A stretch of 34,127 nucleotides of DNA from Planctomycetota bacterium. Lineage in GTDB: Bacteria; Planctomycetota; UBA1135. The notes below the pieces were generated by a model. The model had not been told where the DNA came from. It saw only the letters and a program-made list of their open reading frames with translations, and made no database searches. The number at the start of each line of letters is the position of its first letter. Within the stretch, counting starts at the first letter, position 1. The position numbers were made by a program, and so were the translations under genes. The stretch is from NCBI GenBank assembly GCA_045047305.1, contig JASFYO010000070.1, positions 1 to 34,127 on the forward strand. Reading direction: 5' to 3'. Below, piece by piece: positions 11,337 to 19,961 of this stretch.

Positions 11337-12538
11337 TTGTTAGCGCACTACTTACCTTTTCTCTGACCGCAATGGCGCAAGTGCCTGTGGCGGAAGATGT
11401 CATTATTTTGCGCGCCGCCAAGGTTTACACCGCGGGGGAGCAAGGCATGATTAACAATGGCTTGGTCGTCATGCAAGGCGAGAAATTGCTGTGGGTTGGC
11501 CCCGAATCTGACCTGCAGGTCGATGCGCGTATCAGGGTGCAGGACCTCGGTGATGTTTGGTTAGTTCCAGGACTTATCGAACCGCACAATCACGTTGCTG
11601 GTTCCTTGCGCGACTTGAATGACACCGTGTTCCTGACTAATCCGGAACTTCATACCTACGAAGTCCTGGAACCGCAAAACGAGTTTCTCAAGGATGCGGT
11701 CGCTGGTGGTGTTACCACGGCACTGTTCATTCCGGGCTCCGGTTCTAACATGGGTGGCTTTGGCATGCTGGTGAAAACTTCTGGCAAAACCCCGGATGAA
11801 ATGGTGGTGCGCAGCCCCGGATCGTTGAAGATTGCACAAGCGGGTAACCCGGAACGTTATTCCTGGGGTGTGCGTCGTGCGATGATGAACTGGAATACGC
11901 GCGACACCTTGGAGAAGGGGTTGGCCTGGGCCGAAGCTTATGAGGCAGGCGAAGCCGAATTCGATCCTCGCTACCAATATTTCGTCGGGCTGCGCAACGG
12001 CACCATTCCAGTCAGTGTGCACACCCAGATCTATCAAGTGGTGATGCAAACGCTCACCATGCAAGTGCGGGACCTCGGCTTGAAGTCCTTCATCGATCAC
12101 GGCACTTTTGATGGCTACAAAAATGCCCCGCTGGCAGCAGAGCTGGGTGTCCCGGTCATGAACGGCCCGCGTCAGTTTTGGTTTGACCGCTCCACTTCCA
12201 TGATCATGGGGTGTGCTGCTGGTTGGGCTAGCGAGGAGGGCATCATCCTTGGCTACAACACCGATTCTCCGGTGCTGCCTCAAGAGGAGCTTCCCTTTCA
12301 AGCCGCAATGGGTGTACGTCTCGGCGCTGGAACCAATGAGTCCGCGCTCAAAGGCATGACCGCACACGCGGCTACGGCTTTGTTGATGGAAGATATCGCC
12401 GGCCGCTTAGAGAAAGGTCTCGATGCCGACGTCGTGGTGTGGACCGGGGATCCCGTCGACCCACGTAGTTCCGTTCTCAAAGTTTGGGTGCGCGGCGAGA
12501 AAGTTTACGACATCGATGAGGAGAAGCGCCGCTTCTAA
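11333..12538 (+). CDS. Secreted amidohydrolase family protein 6 (complete binuclear metal site)
   Basis: PGLIEPHNH (HxH), SLKIAQ (Lys), VSVHTQ, FIDHGT, YNTDSP; GLDADVVVWTGDP. Confidence 0.92.
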   Translation: MIVSALLTFSLTAMAQVPVAEDVIILRAAKVYTAGEQGMINNGLVVMQGEKLLWVGPESDLQVDARIRVQDLGDVWLVPGLIEPHNHVAGSLRDLNDTVFLTNPELHTYEVLEPQNEFLKDAVAGGVTTALFIPGSGSNMGGFGMLVKTSGKTPDEMVVRSPGSLKIAQAGNPERYSWGVRRAMMNWNTRDTLEKGLAWAEAYEAGEAEFDPRYQYFVGLRNGTIPVSVHTQIYQVVMQTLTMQVRDLGLKSFIDHGTFDGYKNAPLAAELGVPVMNGPRQFWFDRSTSMIMGCAAGWASEEGIILGYNTDSPVLPQEELPFQAAMGVRLGAGTNESALKGMTAHAATALLMEDIAGRLEKGLDADVVVWTGDPVDPRSSVLKVWVRGEKVYDIDEEKRRF

Positions 12539-13734
12539 TGCTCGGATTGCTATTGCTTCTACCGCTGAGTCAGGCGGCTGCCCAACCGGAACCCGGCATG
12601 GTTTTGGATGTGGGCGTAGCCCTGACTATGGAGGAGCGTCGGGTGGTGCACAATGCACGCATCCTGATTGGAAGTGATGGACGCATTCAAGAGGTGGGGC
12701 GACAAGCAGATATCGCGCGACCTGATGGTTGGGAATACCTGAACTATCCCAATTCGTTCGCTTGGCCAGGCGGGATTGATTTGCATTCCCATACGCATAC
12801 TGGTGGCTGGGAAGACATCAACGACATGGTGCATCCAGACAATCCAGAGCTCCGCACCCTGGATACCATCGTGCCGAATAATATCCTGCATCGCATGGGC
12901 CGTGCTGGGGGAGTCACTTTGGTGAATGCGATTCCCGGATCGGGCACCAATATTTCCGGCGCTGGTACTTTGGTAAAACTCAAGAACAGCGTTTCGGTGG
13001 AAGATGTGGTCTTCCGCTACCCCGGTTCGGTGAAAGTGGCGCAAGGCTACAACCCAGAACGCAGCGATGACCTCGGCTCCACCCGTATGGGCATGTGGTG
13101 GATGTTGCGCTGGTACCTAGACCGCGCCAAAGAAGTGGCCGCTGCCGACACTCTGGCGGAAAATCCAGATGTCGCCAGTCTCGCCGGTGTTTTTCAACAG
13201 CGTTATCCCTTTTTGGTCCACACTGCTGGCGCCCGCGATACTTATGGCACGGTGCGGATGTTTCAACTTGAAGCAGGAGTTCCAGTGATTGTGAGTCACG
13301 GTTCCTTCAACGGATTTATGGTCGGTGAGGCCATTGCCAAGGTTCATGCTTCGCTCAACTTAGGCCCGCGTAACTTCGATTACACGGTGAGCCGTAATAG
13401 TCAATTCCGTGGACTCGTGGAGGCTTTCGAAAGCGCAGGTAATACCGATATCTCGGTTCAAACCGACGCCGGAGTCATCCCACAAGAAGAGTTTATTTAC
13501 CAGGCCACTTTGGCCGAACGCCTGGGCTGTTCCACTTGGTTAGCCCTGGAATCCATCAACGTGAACCCCGCTCGACAGATTCTGGTAGAAGACCAGGTCG
13601 GTCGTCTCTTGCCCGGACTACAGGCCGACATTGTGGTCAGTACTGGGCAGCCGTTGGACCCGCGCGCGGCGGTGCAGCTCGTCATCATTGAAGGCGAAGT
13701 TGCATACGACCAAAGTACGGGCCAGCTTTACTGA
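12538..13734 (+). CDS. Secreted amidohydrolase family protein 7 (complete binuclear metal site)
   Basis: PGGIDLHSH, SVKVAQ, FLVHTA, IVSHGS, VQTDAG; TAATG overlap with the previous stop; close paralogue of protein 6. Confidence 0.92.
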   Translation: MLGLLLLLPLSQAAAQPEPGMVLDVGVALTMEERRVVHNARILIGSDGRIQEVGRQADIARPDGWEYLNYPNSFAWPGGIDLHSHTHTGGWEDINDMVHPDNPELRTLDTIVPNNILHRMGRAGGVTLVNAIPGSGTNISGAGTLVKLKNSVSVEDVVFRYPGSVKVAQGYNPERSDDLGSTRMGMWWMLRWYLDRAKEVAAADTLAENPDVASLAGVFQQRYPFLVHTAGARDTYGTVRMFQLEAGVPVIVSHGSFNGFMVGEAIAKVHASLNLGPRNFDYTVSRNSQFRGLVEAFESAGNTDISVQTDAGVIPQEEFIYQATLAERLGCSTWLALESINVNPARQILVEDQVGRLLPGLQADIVVSTGQPLDPRAAVQLVIIEGEVAYDQSTGQLY

Positions 13735-13751
13735 ATCCATTCCCAACCAAG

Positions 13752-15101
13752 ATGCTTGCATCCTTAATCCTAACTTTTGCGCTACCCGCTGCGGTGCCGC
13801 AAGAAACGCCGCGTGACCCAGTGGGCCGCGCAGTCATTTATCGTTTCGATACTGTCGAGACCATGGATGGCGAATCTCTTTCCAATGTCACCATGTTGGT
13901 TCGTGATGGAATCATTGAACGCATGGGGCAAGCGGTAGTCATACCCGAGCATGCAGAGGTTCACGATTACCGTGGCAGTGGCAAAGTTGCGATGCCGCCT
14001 TTCGCCTTAAGCCACGCTAACTTTTTGGTTAGCGATCGTCGTGGTAATGGGCGCAATACGCGTTACACCGCGGTTGATTCCATGTGGTTAGACGCAGACT
14101 GGGAGCAAGATTTGCTTGAAGAGGGCGTGCTCTTGGTAGGGGTGGACCCACCTGGGCGCGGATTGCCCGGACGCACATCGGTGCTGTTGGTTGATGGGCA
14201 AACAGGAGTGCCGCATGCCCTTGTTTCGGATCTTCATCTCAAGGTGATGGTTTCCACTTCATCGACCGCCAAGCGTTTGGTGCGCGATGGATTCAAGGCC
14301 GCCGATAAGGCAATCAAAGACGAAGACAAAGCCCGCGCGGAATGGAAGAAGGCGCGTGAAGAGTGGGAAGCTAAGCAGAAAGAGGAAGCCGAGGCTAAGG
14401 AAAAGGAGAAGGCTGACAAGGACGACAAAGGTGAAGCTGCAACCGCTGCTCAAGATGAGGGCGATGATAAGAAGGAAGACAAGGGGCCTCCCGATGAATT
14501 TGAGATTCCGAAAATCGATCCCAATGTAGAGCCATTGGTGGAGTGGATTCGTCAGGAGCGGGTCGGTCAGGTTTGGCTAGGCACGGCTTCGGATTGGCTA
14601 CATTGGCAGGACTTGTTACGTGAGCGCGAGTTGTCTTACGAGATCGTGCTGCGGCATGGCACCACGCAAAATTTGTTTGAAGTGGCCGACGCCATCGCCA
14701 GCACCGAGTTGCGTGTCGATGTTCCGGCACGGATTAGCTTTTTGCCTTACACTCGCACCCGCGCCAACCTTCCTGCCGATCTCGTCGCAGCGGGCGTGAC
14801 TAAGCTCATCCTTTCGCCGTCGAGTGATTCTTTGAGTGGTTTGCGCAACTATCGTTTAGCCGTTTCCCAAGTAGTTGCTGAAGGCTTGGATCGCGATGTC
14901 GCATTGCGCGGCATGACGGTTGAACCTGCGCTTTCGATGGGGCAAGAAGAATTGCTTGGTGCACTCAAAGTTGGCGCACCCGCCACCTTTGTCATCTGGA
15001 ATGGCGACCCACTCGATCCAATGAGTGAAGCCGAGTTTGTGCTTTCGGAAGGAGAAGTGGTTTATGACCGCGCCAAAGCCGAAGCGGAGGATCAGTCATG
15101 A
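13752..15101 (+). CDS. Secreted amidohydrolase-fold protein 8 (degenerate) with long charged insert
   Basis: Signal peptide; LVRDGII, AMPPFALSHAN, MTVEPALSMG..LGALKVGAPATFVIWNGDPLD. Confidence 0.82.
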   Translation: MLASLILTFALPAAVPQETPRDPVGRAVIYRFDTVETMDGESLSNVTMLVRDGIIERMGQAVVIPEHAEVHDYRGSGKVAMPPFALSHANFLVSDRRGNGRNTRYTAVDSMWLDADWEQDLLEEGVLLVGVDPPGRGLPGRTSVLLVDGQTGVPHALVSDLHLKVMVSTSSTAKRLVRDGFKAADKAIKDEDKARAEWKKAREEWEAKQKEEAEAKEKEKADKDDKGEAATAAQDEGDDKKEDKGPPDEFEIPKIDPNVEPLVEWIRQERVGQVWLGTASDWLHWQDLLRERELSYEIVLRHGTTQNLFEVADAIASTELRVDVPARISFLPYTRTRANLPADLVAAGVTKLILSPSSDSLSGLRNYRLAVSQVVAEGLDRDVALRGMTVEPALSMGQEELLGALKVGAPATFVIWNGDPLDPMSEAEFVLSEGEVVYDRAKAEAEDQS

Positions 15102-16624
15102 AATCCATGTGGAAGCTAGCCATTCTTTCTCTTTGCACTTTGGGTGCACAAGGAACACTCTTGGCCGCAGCGCCGATGGCGCAGGAGCCTCCTCCTGAAG
15201 TGGTCGATACGCCACCGCCACCTCCGCCCGAAATTGTGGAAGAGCCGCAGGAGCCTACAGAAGAAGTCATCGAAGAGGTGGTGGAAGATTCCACTGAGGA
15301 TGCGGTCGAAGAGGAAGCGGTTGAGGAGGAAATAGTGGAAGAGGAGCCGGTGGACCCGGAGCTCTTCATCGATCCCGACAGCCCGTACCTTTACATCCAT
15401 GGTGCCGACATTCACACCGTGACCAACGGTGTGATTCATAAGGGTGATCTCTTGTGCAAAGATGGCCGCGTACTCAAGTTAGGCGAAAGTCTGCGTAAGC
15501 CGCATGGTGCGCGCCGTATCGACGCCACTGGTATGCAGATTTATCCCGGGCTGATTGCTGTGGATAGTTCTGGCGTGGTAAGTGGTCGCGGTCTTTCAAT
15601 CCGCGATTCCTATGACCCGTATGCACTCAACATTGACCTCGGACTTTCCGGTGGGCTTACTTTGGTTCAGTCTGGCGGTGCATTAGCCAAGTTGAAGCAC
15701 GGAACTCTAGATGGCATCCTTTTGGGGGAAACCCATTGGGTCAATATGAGTTACTCGACCACCTCTCCAAGCGGACGTCGTAAGTTGCGCGAAGAATTTG
15801 GAAAGGTTCGTGATTACTTGCGTGAGCAACGTCGTTGGGCGTTGGATAAGGAGCTTGGCGAAGATGTAGGTGAGGAGCCACAAGCGAAAGGATTTAAAGC
15901 AGATTACTTAGCCTTGTTGAAAGGCGAAGCTGTCGCGCGTTTCAGTGCGAACTCGCTGAAGGATTTACTTGCCACCTGTGACCTGCTGGAGGAATACCCC
16001 ATGCAGTCGGTCATCATTGGAGGTCGTGAAGCATGGGCCTGCGCCGGACGTCTTGGTCGTGTCGGTGCACAACTGGTGATTACCCCACGCGCAAAAAGTT
16101 GGGCCGATGACAGCCTTAACCGCCCGAGTGGTTGGTCGATTGAGAATGCGCGCATCCTGTGGGAGCATGGCGTGCAGTTTGCCATCCTTCCGGCGCAACG
16201 TTTCATCTCCACCGGTGGTATTGCAGGGCGTGACTTACTTACCTTGCCGATGGAAGCAGCCTTCGCCATTCGGGGCGGCTTGCCGCAAAACGTCGCGCTG
16301 CGTGCGATTACTTTGGATGCGGCTAAACTTCTTGGCGTCGACCACCGTTTGGGATCCATCGAAATCGGAAAAGACGCAGATTTTATTCTGTGCGATGGCG
16401 ACGTCTTCCACTACCGCACTTTTGTGCAATGGGCTGTGGTTGATGGTGCTGTGGTGTACGACAAGATGAAGGCACCTTACTTTGCTCACATTCGCCCGCG
16501 GGAAGCGACTTCCTTGGATGAGGTCATCGAGGAAATCAAAGATGCAGTCGATGCTGAAGCCGAAATCATCGAAGAATCTTCGTCGGAAGTTGCTTCTGAC
16601 ATCGACGCGCCGGAAGAAGATTAA
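15098..16624 (+). CDS. Secreted amidohydrolase-fold protein 9 (degenerate) with Pro/Glu-rich N-terminal extension
   Basis: Signal peptide, PPPPPP/EE tract, IHTVTNGVI, IDATGMQIYPGLIAVDS, ITLDAAKLLGVDHRLGSIEIGKDADF; ATGA overlap. Confidence 0.88.
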   Translation: MKSMWKLAILSLCTLGAQGTLLAAAPMAQEPPPEVVDTPPPPPPEIVEEPQEPTEEVIEEVVEDSTEDAVEEEAVEEEIVEEEPVDPELFIDPDSPYLYIHGADIHTVTNGVIHKGDLLCKDGRVLKLGESLRKPHGARRIDATGMQIYPGLIAVDSSGVVSGRGLSIRDSYDPYALNIDLGLSGGLTLVQSGGALAKLKHGTLDGILLGETHWVNMSYSTTSPSGRRKLREEFGKVRDYLREQRRWALDKELGEDVGEEPQAKGFKADYLALLKGEAVARFSANSLKDLLATCDLLEEYPMQSVIIGGREAWACAGRLGRVGAQLVITPRAKSWADDSLNRPSGWSIENARILWEHGVQFAILPAQRFISTGGIAGRDLLTLPMEAAFAIRGGLPQNVALRAITLDAAKLLGVDHRLGSIEIGKDADFILCDGDVFHYRTFVQWAVVDGAVVYDKMKAPYFAHIRPREATSLDEVIEEIKDAVDAEAEIIEESSSEVASDIDAPEED

Positions 16625-16652
16625 TCATCCCCAAAACTGCCTTGGCAGAATC

Positions 16653-16686
16653 AAGAGGGCGGGCCATAATCGGCACGCCCTCTTTG
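16653..16686 (+). terminator. Probable rho-independent terminator of the amidohydrolase operon
   Basis: Inverted repeat AAGAGGGCG-G-GCC...GGC-A-CGCCCTCTT followed by a short T-rich stretch, ~30 nt after the last stop. Confidence 0.6.
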
Positions 16687-16692
16687 TCGTGA

Positions 16693-17187
16693 GTGGCAGA
16701 TTTCTTGACTAATCCAGTTCTTGCCCCCGGGAACCGCGCCCCCGCATTTACCTTGCCCACCGATGGTGGAGGCCGGGTGCGTTTGACCGAACATCGTGGA
16801 CGTTGGGTGGTGCTTTTTTTCCTGCCTCCAGCACTGACACCTAGTTGCTGTTTACAGGCGAAGGAATTTCAAAGTACGGCAGACAAGTTTTGGGATTTAG
16901 GAGCGGTTGTAGTCGGAGTCAGTCCCAGCGAGCATCACCGTCATCTCGAGTTCCGCCAAAAGAACAATCTCGATTTTCCTCTATTGCACGACCGCGACGC
17001 CAAACTAGCGATTCGTTATGGTGTCTATCGGGAACGCAAAACCAGCGTCCGCAACTATTTCGGAATCGTGCGCACTACAGTCTTAATTGATCCGGCCGGT
17101 AAGGTTGCCCATCTTTGGGATAACCTGCGGGTGAAGGGGCATGTCGGACGTGTTTATTCTCGCTTAGAGGAGGAGCTCCAAGGTTAA
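16693..17187 (+). CDS. bcp: Peroxiredoxin, BCP/PrxQ subfamily
   Basis: APAFTLP, WVVLFFLPPALTPSC (PxxxTxxC), VVGVSP, LDFPLLHD, RTTVLIDPAG, VKGH. Confidence 0.85.
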   Translation: MADFLTNPVLAPGNRAPAFTLPTDGGGRVRLTEHRGRWVVLFFLPPALTPSCCLQAKEFQSTADKFWDLGAVVVGVSPSEHHRHLEFRQKNNLDFPLLHDRDAKLAIRYGVYRERKTSVRNYFGIVRTTVLIDPAGKVAHLWDNLRVKGHVGRVYSRLEEELQG

Positions 17188-17189
17188 TT

Positions 17190-18218
17190 ATGCCTGACGG
17201 TATCCGCCCCCTTCTTCATCGGATCTCAGGATCGGTCAGCGGCGGTCGCATCCATAATCTCAGCGCCGAAGCCGCAGAGAAATTGTTCGGTATGCTGTTG
17301 GCCGGCGAGGGAACCGATGCGCAAATCGCCATGTTCCTTGCCGCCATGAGGGTGAAGGGAACGACTTCGGAAGAGCTGGTTGGGGCAGCACGAGCCGGTC
17401 GTGCACGCATCGTGTTCCCAAAACTGCCGCCGAATTGTGTTGTTGTCGCCACCAGTCGTCATGGCAAGCATCACAGCCCACCGATGGTTCTTGCCGCCGC
17501 CGCTGCTGCCGCATCCGCCGGGGTTCCAATCTTCTTGCAGTCTGCGCCAAGCCTGATTGGTGGTGGCGTGACTCCTGGAGATGTCTGGCAAAGAATGATT
17601 GGGCCTTTGCTGGGGGATGCGCATCACGCCGAGGAGCACCTACAAGAATTCGGTCTTGCTTGTTGGCAACCCACCCTTGCTGATGATGGCTGGCAGCGTA
17701 TGCAAAGAATCGAGGACGAAACGGGTATCCGTGGAATTCCAGATGTAGTGAGCAAACTCATGTTGCCCGAACACTGCGCCGTCTTGGCCGCCGCGCTTCC
17801 AGGGCCGGTACTCGGCATGGCTGGCGATGCCTTTGAAAGCCTCGGCCATACCCAATGCATGGTGGTGCAGGGAGTGGAAGGCTCGGTAGATCCCTCGGTG
17901 GTGGAGACTACCCGTGGGTTGCGTTTGCTGAATGGCGTGAAGGCTCCGGTGCGCCTCCGCCCTGGTGATTTCGCTTTATTCGAGGAAAGCGAGCCGAGTG
18001 GCATGCATGAAGATCCAATTGAGGCTGCGGTTATGGCTACACAGCAAGCATTGCTCACCTCTACAGGACCTGAAGCTTGTGCGGCCTCGCTTGGTGCTGC
18101 CTTGCTCATTAGTTTGGCCAACCCAAACGACGACTTGGCTTCCTGTATGGGACTTGCAGTCGACGCCGTCGAGTCTGGGGCAGCCTCCCATTTGCTGCAG
18201 AAGTTAAAGAACAGCTGA
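17190..18218 (+). CDS. Anthranilate phosphoribosyltransferase-like (glycosyl transferase family 3, YbiB-like) protein
   Basis: N-terminal LSAEAA..LF..LLAGEGTDAQIAMFLAAMRVKGTTSEEL typical of the TrpD/YbiB N-domain; VQGVEGS; lacks the TrpD GTGGD motif. Confidence 0.75.
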   Translation: MPDGIRPLLHRISGSVSGGRIHNLSAEAAEKLFGMLLAGEGTDAQIAMFLAAMRVKGTTSEELVGAARAGRARIVFPKLPPNCVVVATSRHGKHHSPPMVLAAAAAAASAGVPIFLQSAPSLIGGGVTPGDVWQRMIGPLLGDAHHAEEHLQEFGLACWQPTLADDGWQRMQRIEDETGIRGIPDVVSKLMLPEHCAVLAAALPGPVLGMAGDAFESLGHTQCMVVQGVEGSVDPSVVETTRGLRLLNGVKAPVRLRPGDFALFEESEPSGMHEDPIEAAVMATQQALLTSTGPEACAASLGAALLISLANPNDDLASCMGLAVDAVESGAASHLLQKLKNS

Positions 18219-18305
18219 TGCCTCCAGTCCTGCGTTCCCGATAGGGAACCAAACGCAGTGCTATCCTGACCCACCATTTGGCACAGCATTTGCTTCCTTG
18301 GAATC

Positions 18306-19226
18306 ATGCGTAAGCTTCTTTTTCTTCCGGTTTTAGCCCTTGCCGCCTGCGGTCACGCAGATGTCAGGGTGGAGGAGGGGCAAGCCGTCGCCGAAATCAC
18401 GGTGACCAGTAATTTTCCAGCTCCTGTTGCCTTAGAGGTCGAGTCGCTGCCTCGCTTGCTCAAAATAAGCCCGTCGATTTACTCTGGGGCTCAACCCCAC
18501 ACTGCCGCCTCCTTTGCAGCGCTCAGGGAGTTAGGTATTAAGACCATTGTTTCGGTCGACGCCGCGCCTCCCAATCTCGAGGCCGCTGGCAAGGAAGGCC
18601 TGCGCTATCTGCACGTACCGATTGGTTACGACGGCATTTCTCAAGCAGCAGGCGACTCTTATTTCCGCCTGATGGGGGAAGTGGATTTGCCGGTTTACTT
18701 TCATTGCCATCATGGTCGGCAACGTGGGCCTGCCGCCGCCGCGATTGCTTTACGAGCTTCCACCCAATGCGATGCAGCCACGGCCTTGGCTGTCCTAGAA
18801 GCAGCTGGTACCAGTCATAAATATGAAGGCCTTTGGCGCGATGTGGAAGCATGGATGGCGCCGCGTCCGGATAAACAACTTCCGGAGCTAGTGTCCTTGC
18901 AGAAGTTGAATCCATTCGTGGTGAAGATGGCCGAGATTGATCGCACTTGGGACCGCATCAAGCAAATCCGCGAGCAGGATTGGAAATCGGTTTCGTTCAT
19001 TCCTGAAACTCAACTTCTACTGGAGCAACTCGAAGAGTGTGCTGGCCACATTCCAGCGGAGCACATCCAGGACAAAAAACTACATCGGGGGTTGGAGGAT
19101 GTAGTTCGATTTGCCGAAAGCTTTCACCGTGCCGCCGAGGCGTTAGATAAAGACTTGCTTGAAGAAGGCTACCGGGATCTCCGCGCGAGCTGTAACGATT
19201 GCCACGCGGATTACCGGAATCATTAA
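18306..19226 (+). CDS. Lipoprotein with protein-tyrosine-phosphatase-like/DUF442 domain (CX5R) fused to a C-terminal cytochrome c'-like domain
   Basis: Lipobox LALAA-C; IYSGAQP, LGIKTIVSVD, FHCHHGRQRG; helical C-terminal half ending SCNDCHADYR (CxxCH). Confidence 0.82.
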   Translation: MRKLLFLPVLALAACGHADVRVEEGQAVAEITVTSNFPAPVALEVESLPRLLKISPSIYSGAQPHTAASFAALRELGIKTIVSVDAAPPNLEAAGKEGLRYLHVPIGYDGISQAAGDSYFRLMGEVDLPVYFHCHHGRQRGPAAAAIALRASTQCDAATALAVLEAAGTSHKYEGLWRDVEAWMAPRPDKQLPELVSLQKLNPFVVKMAEIDRTWDRIKQIREQDWKSVSFIPETQLLLEQLEECAGHIPAEHIQDKKLHRGLEDVVRFAESFHRAAEALDKDLLEEGYRDLRASCNDCHADYRNH

Positions 19227-19229
19227 GCT

Positions 19230-19961
19230 TTAGGGCTCGATGGTAAACGTCACACCGTCGGTAGCGCTTAGGTTTGGCGTACTGTCGATGACAACCTGGA
19301 CATAGACCGTGATGCCTGCAGCGGACGACGGCAAGCTAATCGGTAAATTCACCTCTCCATTGGGGTCGACGACTTGCTGGATGGTGGCAAGGTTGCGGTT
19401 GTTCAGCAGGGTGACTCCCGCAAAGGGGAAGCTTGCCTGAGCGTCGCCCACTAAAAGGTAAGCGGTTGCGCCGGTTTGTGCTTGCTCTACATGCAACAGG
19501 ATGGAGGAGCCGGCGGTTGGCATGTTCTGCATCTGTAACGTAGGTGTAACCCCATTCACTGCCATGCCCATGCCGTAAGCCATGTAGGGCGAACCAATCG
19601 TGGAATCTCCGTTGCTGACATCGAAGTGCTCAACTCCTGGGGCCACATGCATGGTCACGCGGATTCTAACGTGAGGCGAATACAAGTCCGGTACTTGCCA
19701 GTTGTAGATGGAAGTCATGCCGCCGGTGTAGGGGATGTTGTCGACGATGAAAATCCAAGTCTGCGCGCTGTCGAGCGAATACTCGATTTCATAGGTGACG
19801 CCAGTGTGGTGAAAAACGATGTCGTGCCATTCAATCGGGAAGGTCGACATGGCTGGGATGACTTCTCCGCCATTGGGCGAGTCGATGCGCACGTGGGCGC
19901 TGGCAAGGCCGGCCAAGACAGGGACGGCCAGGAGGGAGATGATGCTTCGAGCAAGGTGCAT
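19230..19961 (-). CDS. Secreted two-domain protein: Ig-like N-domain starting with a predicted mature His1, plus beta-rich C-terminal domain
   Basis: Signal peptide ending ASA-H; SPNGGE...IEW...YSLDSAQTW...YNWQVP...RIRV; C-terminal domain ending VYVQVV...LSATDGVTFTI. Confidence 0.8.
   Translation of the reverse strand: MHLARSIISLLAVPVLAGLASAHVRIDSPNGGEVIPAMSTFPIEWHDIVFHHTGVTYEIEYSLDSAQTWIFIVDNIPYTGGMTSIYNWQVPDLYSPHVRIRVTMHVAPGVEHFDVSNGDSTIGSPYMAYGMGMAVNGVTPTLQMQNMPTAGSSILLHVEQAQTGATAYLLVGDAQASFPFAGVTLLNNRNLATIQQVVDPNGEVNLPISLPSSAAGITVYVQVVIDSTPNLSATDGVTFTIEP

Noticed and set aside
11561..12367. 268-aa minus-strand ORF (and similar ORFs at 3708..4349, 7437..7988, 17624..18307)
   Set aside because: Antisense to well-supported genes; expected from codon bias.
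3186..16624. Amidohydrolase array as decaying pseudogenes or a misassembled tandem repeat
   Set aside because: All frames are intact with signal peptides and coupled junctions, and the copies are too divergent at DNA level to be a repeat artefact.
17190..18218. trpD
   Set aside because: PRPP- and anthranilate-binding motifs are absent and there are no trp genes nearby.
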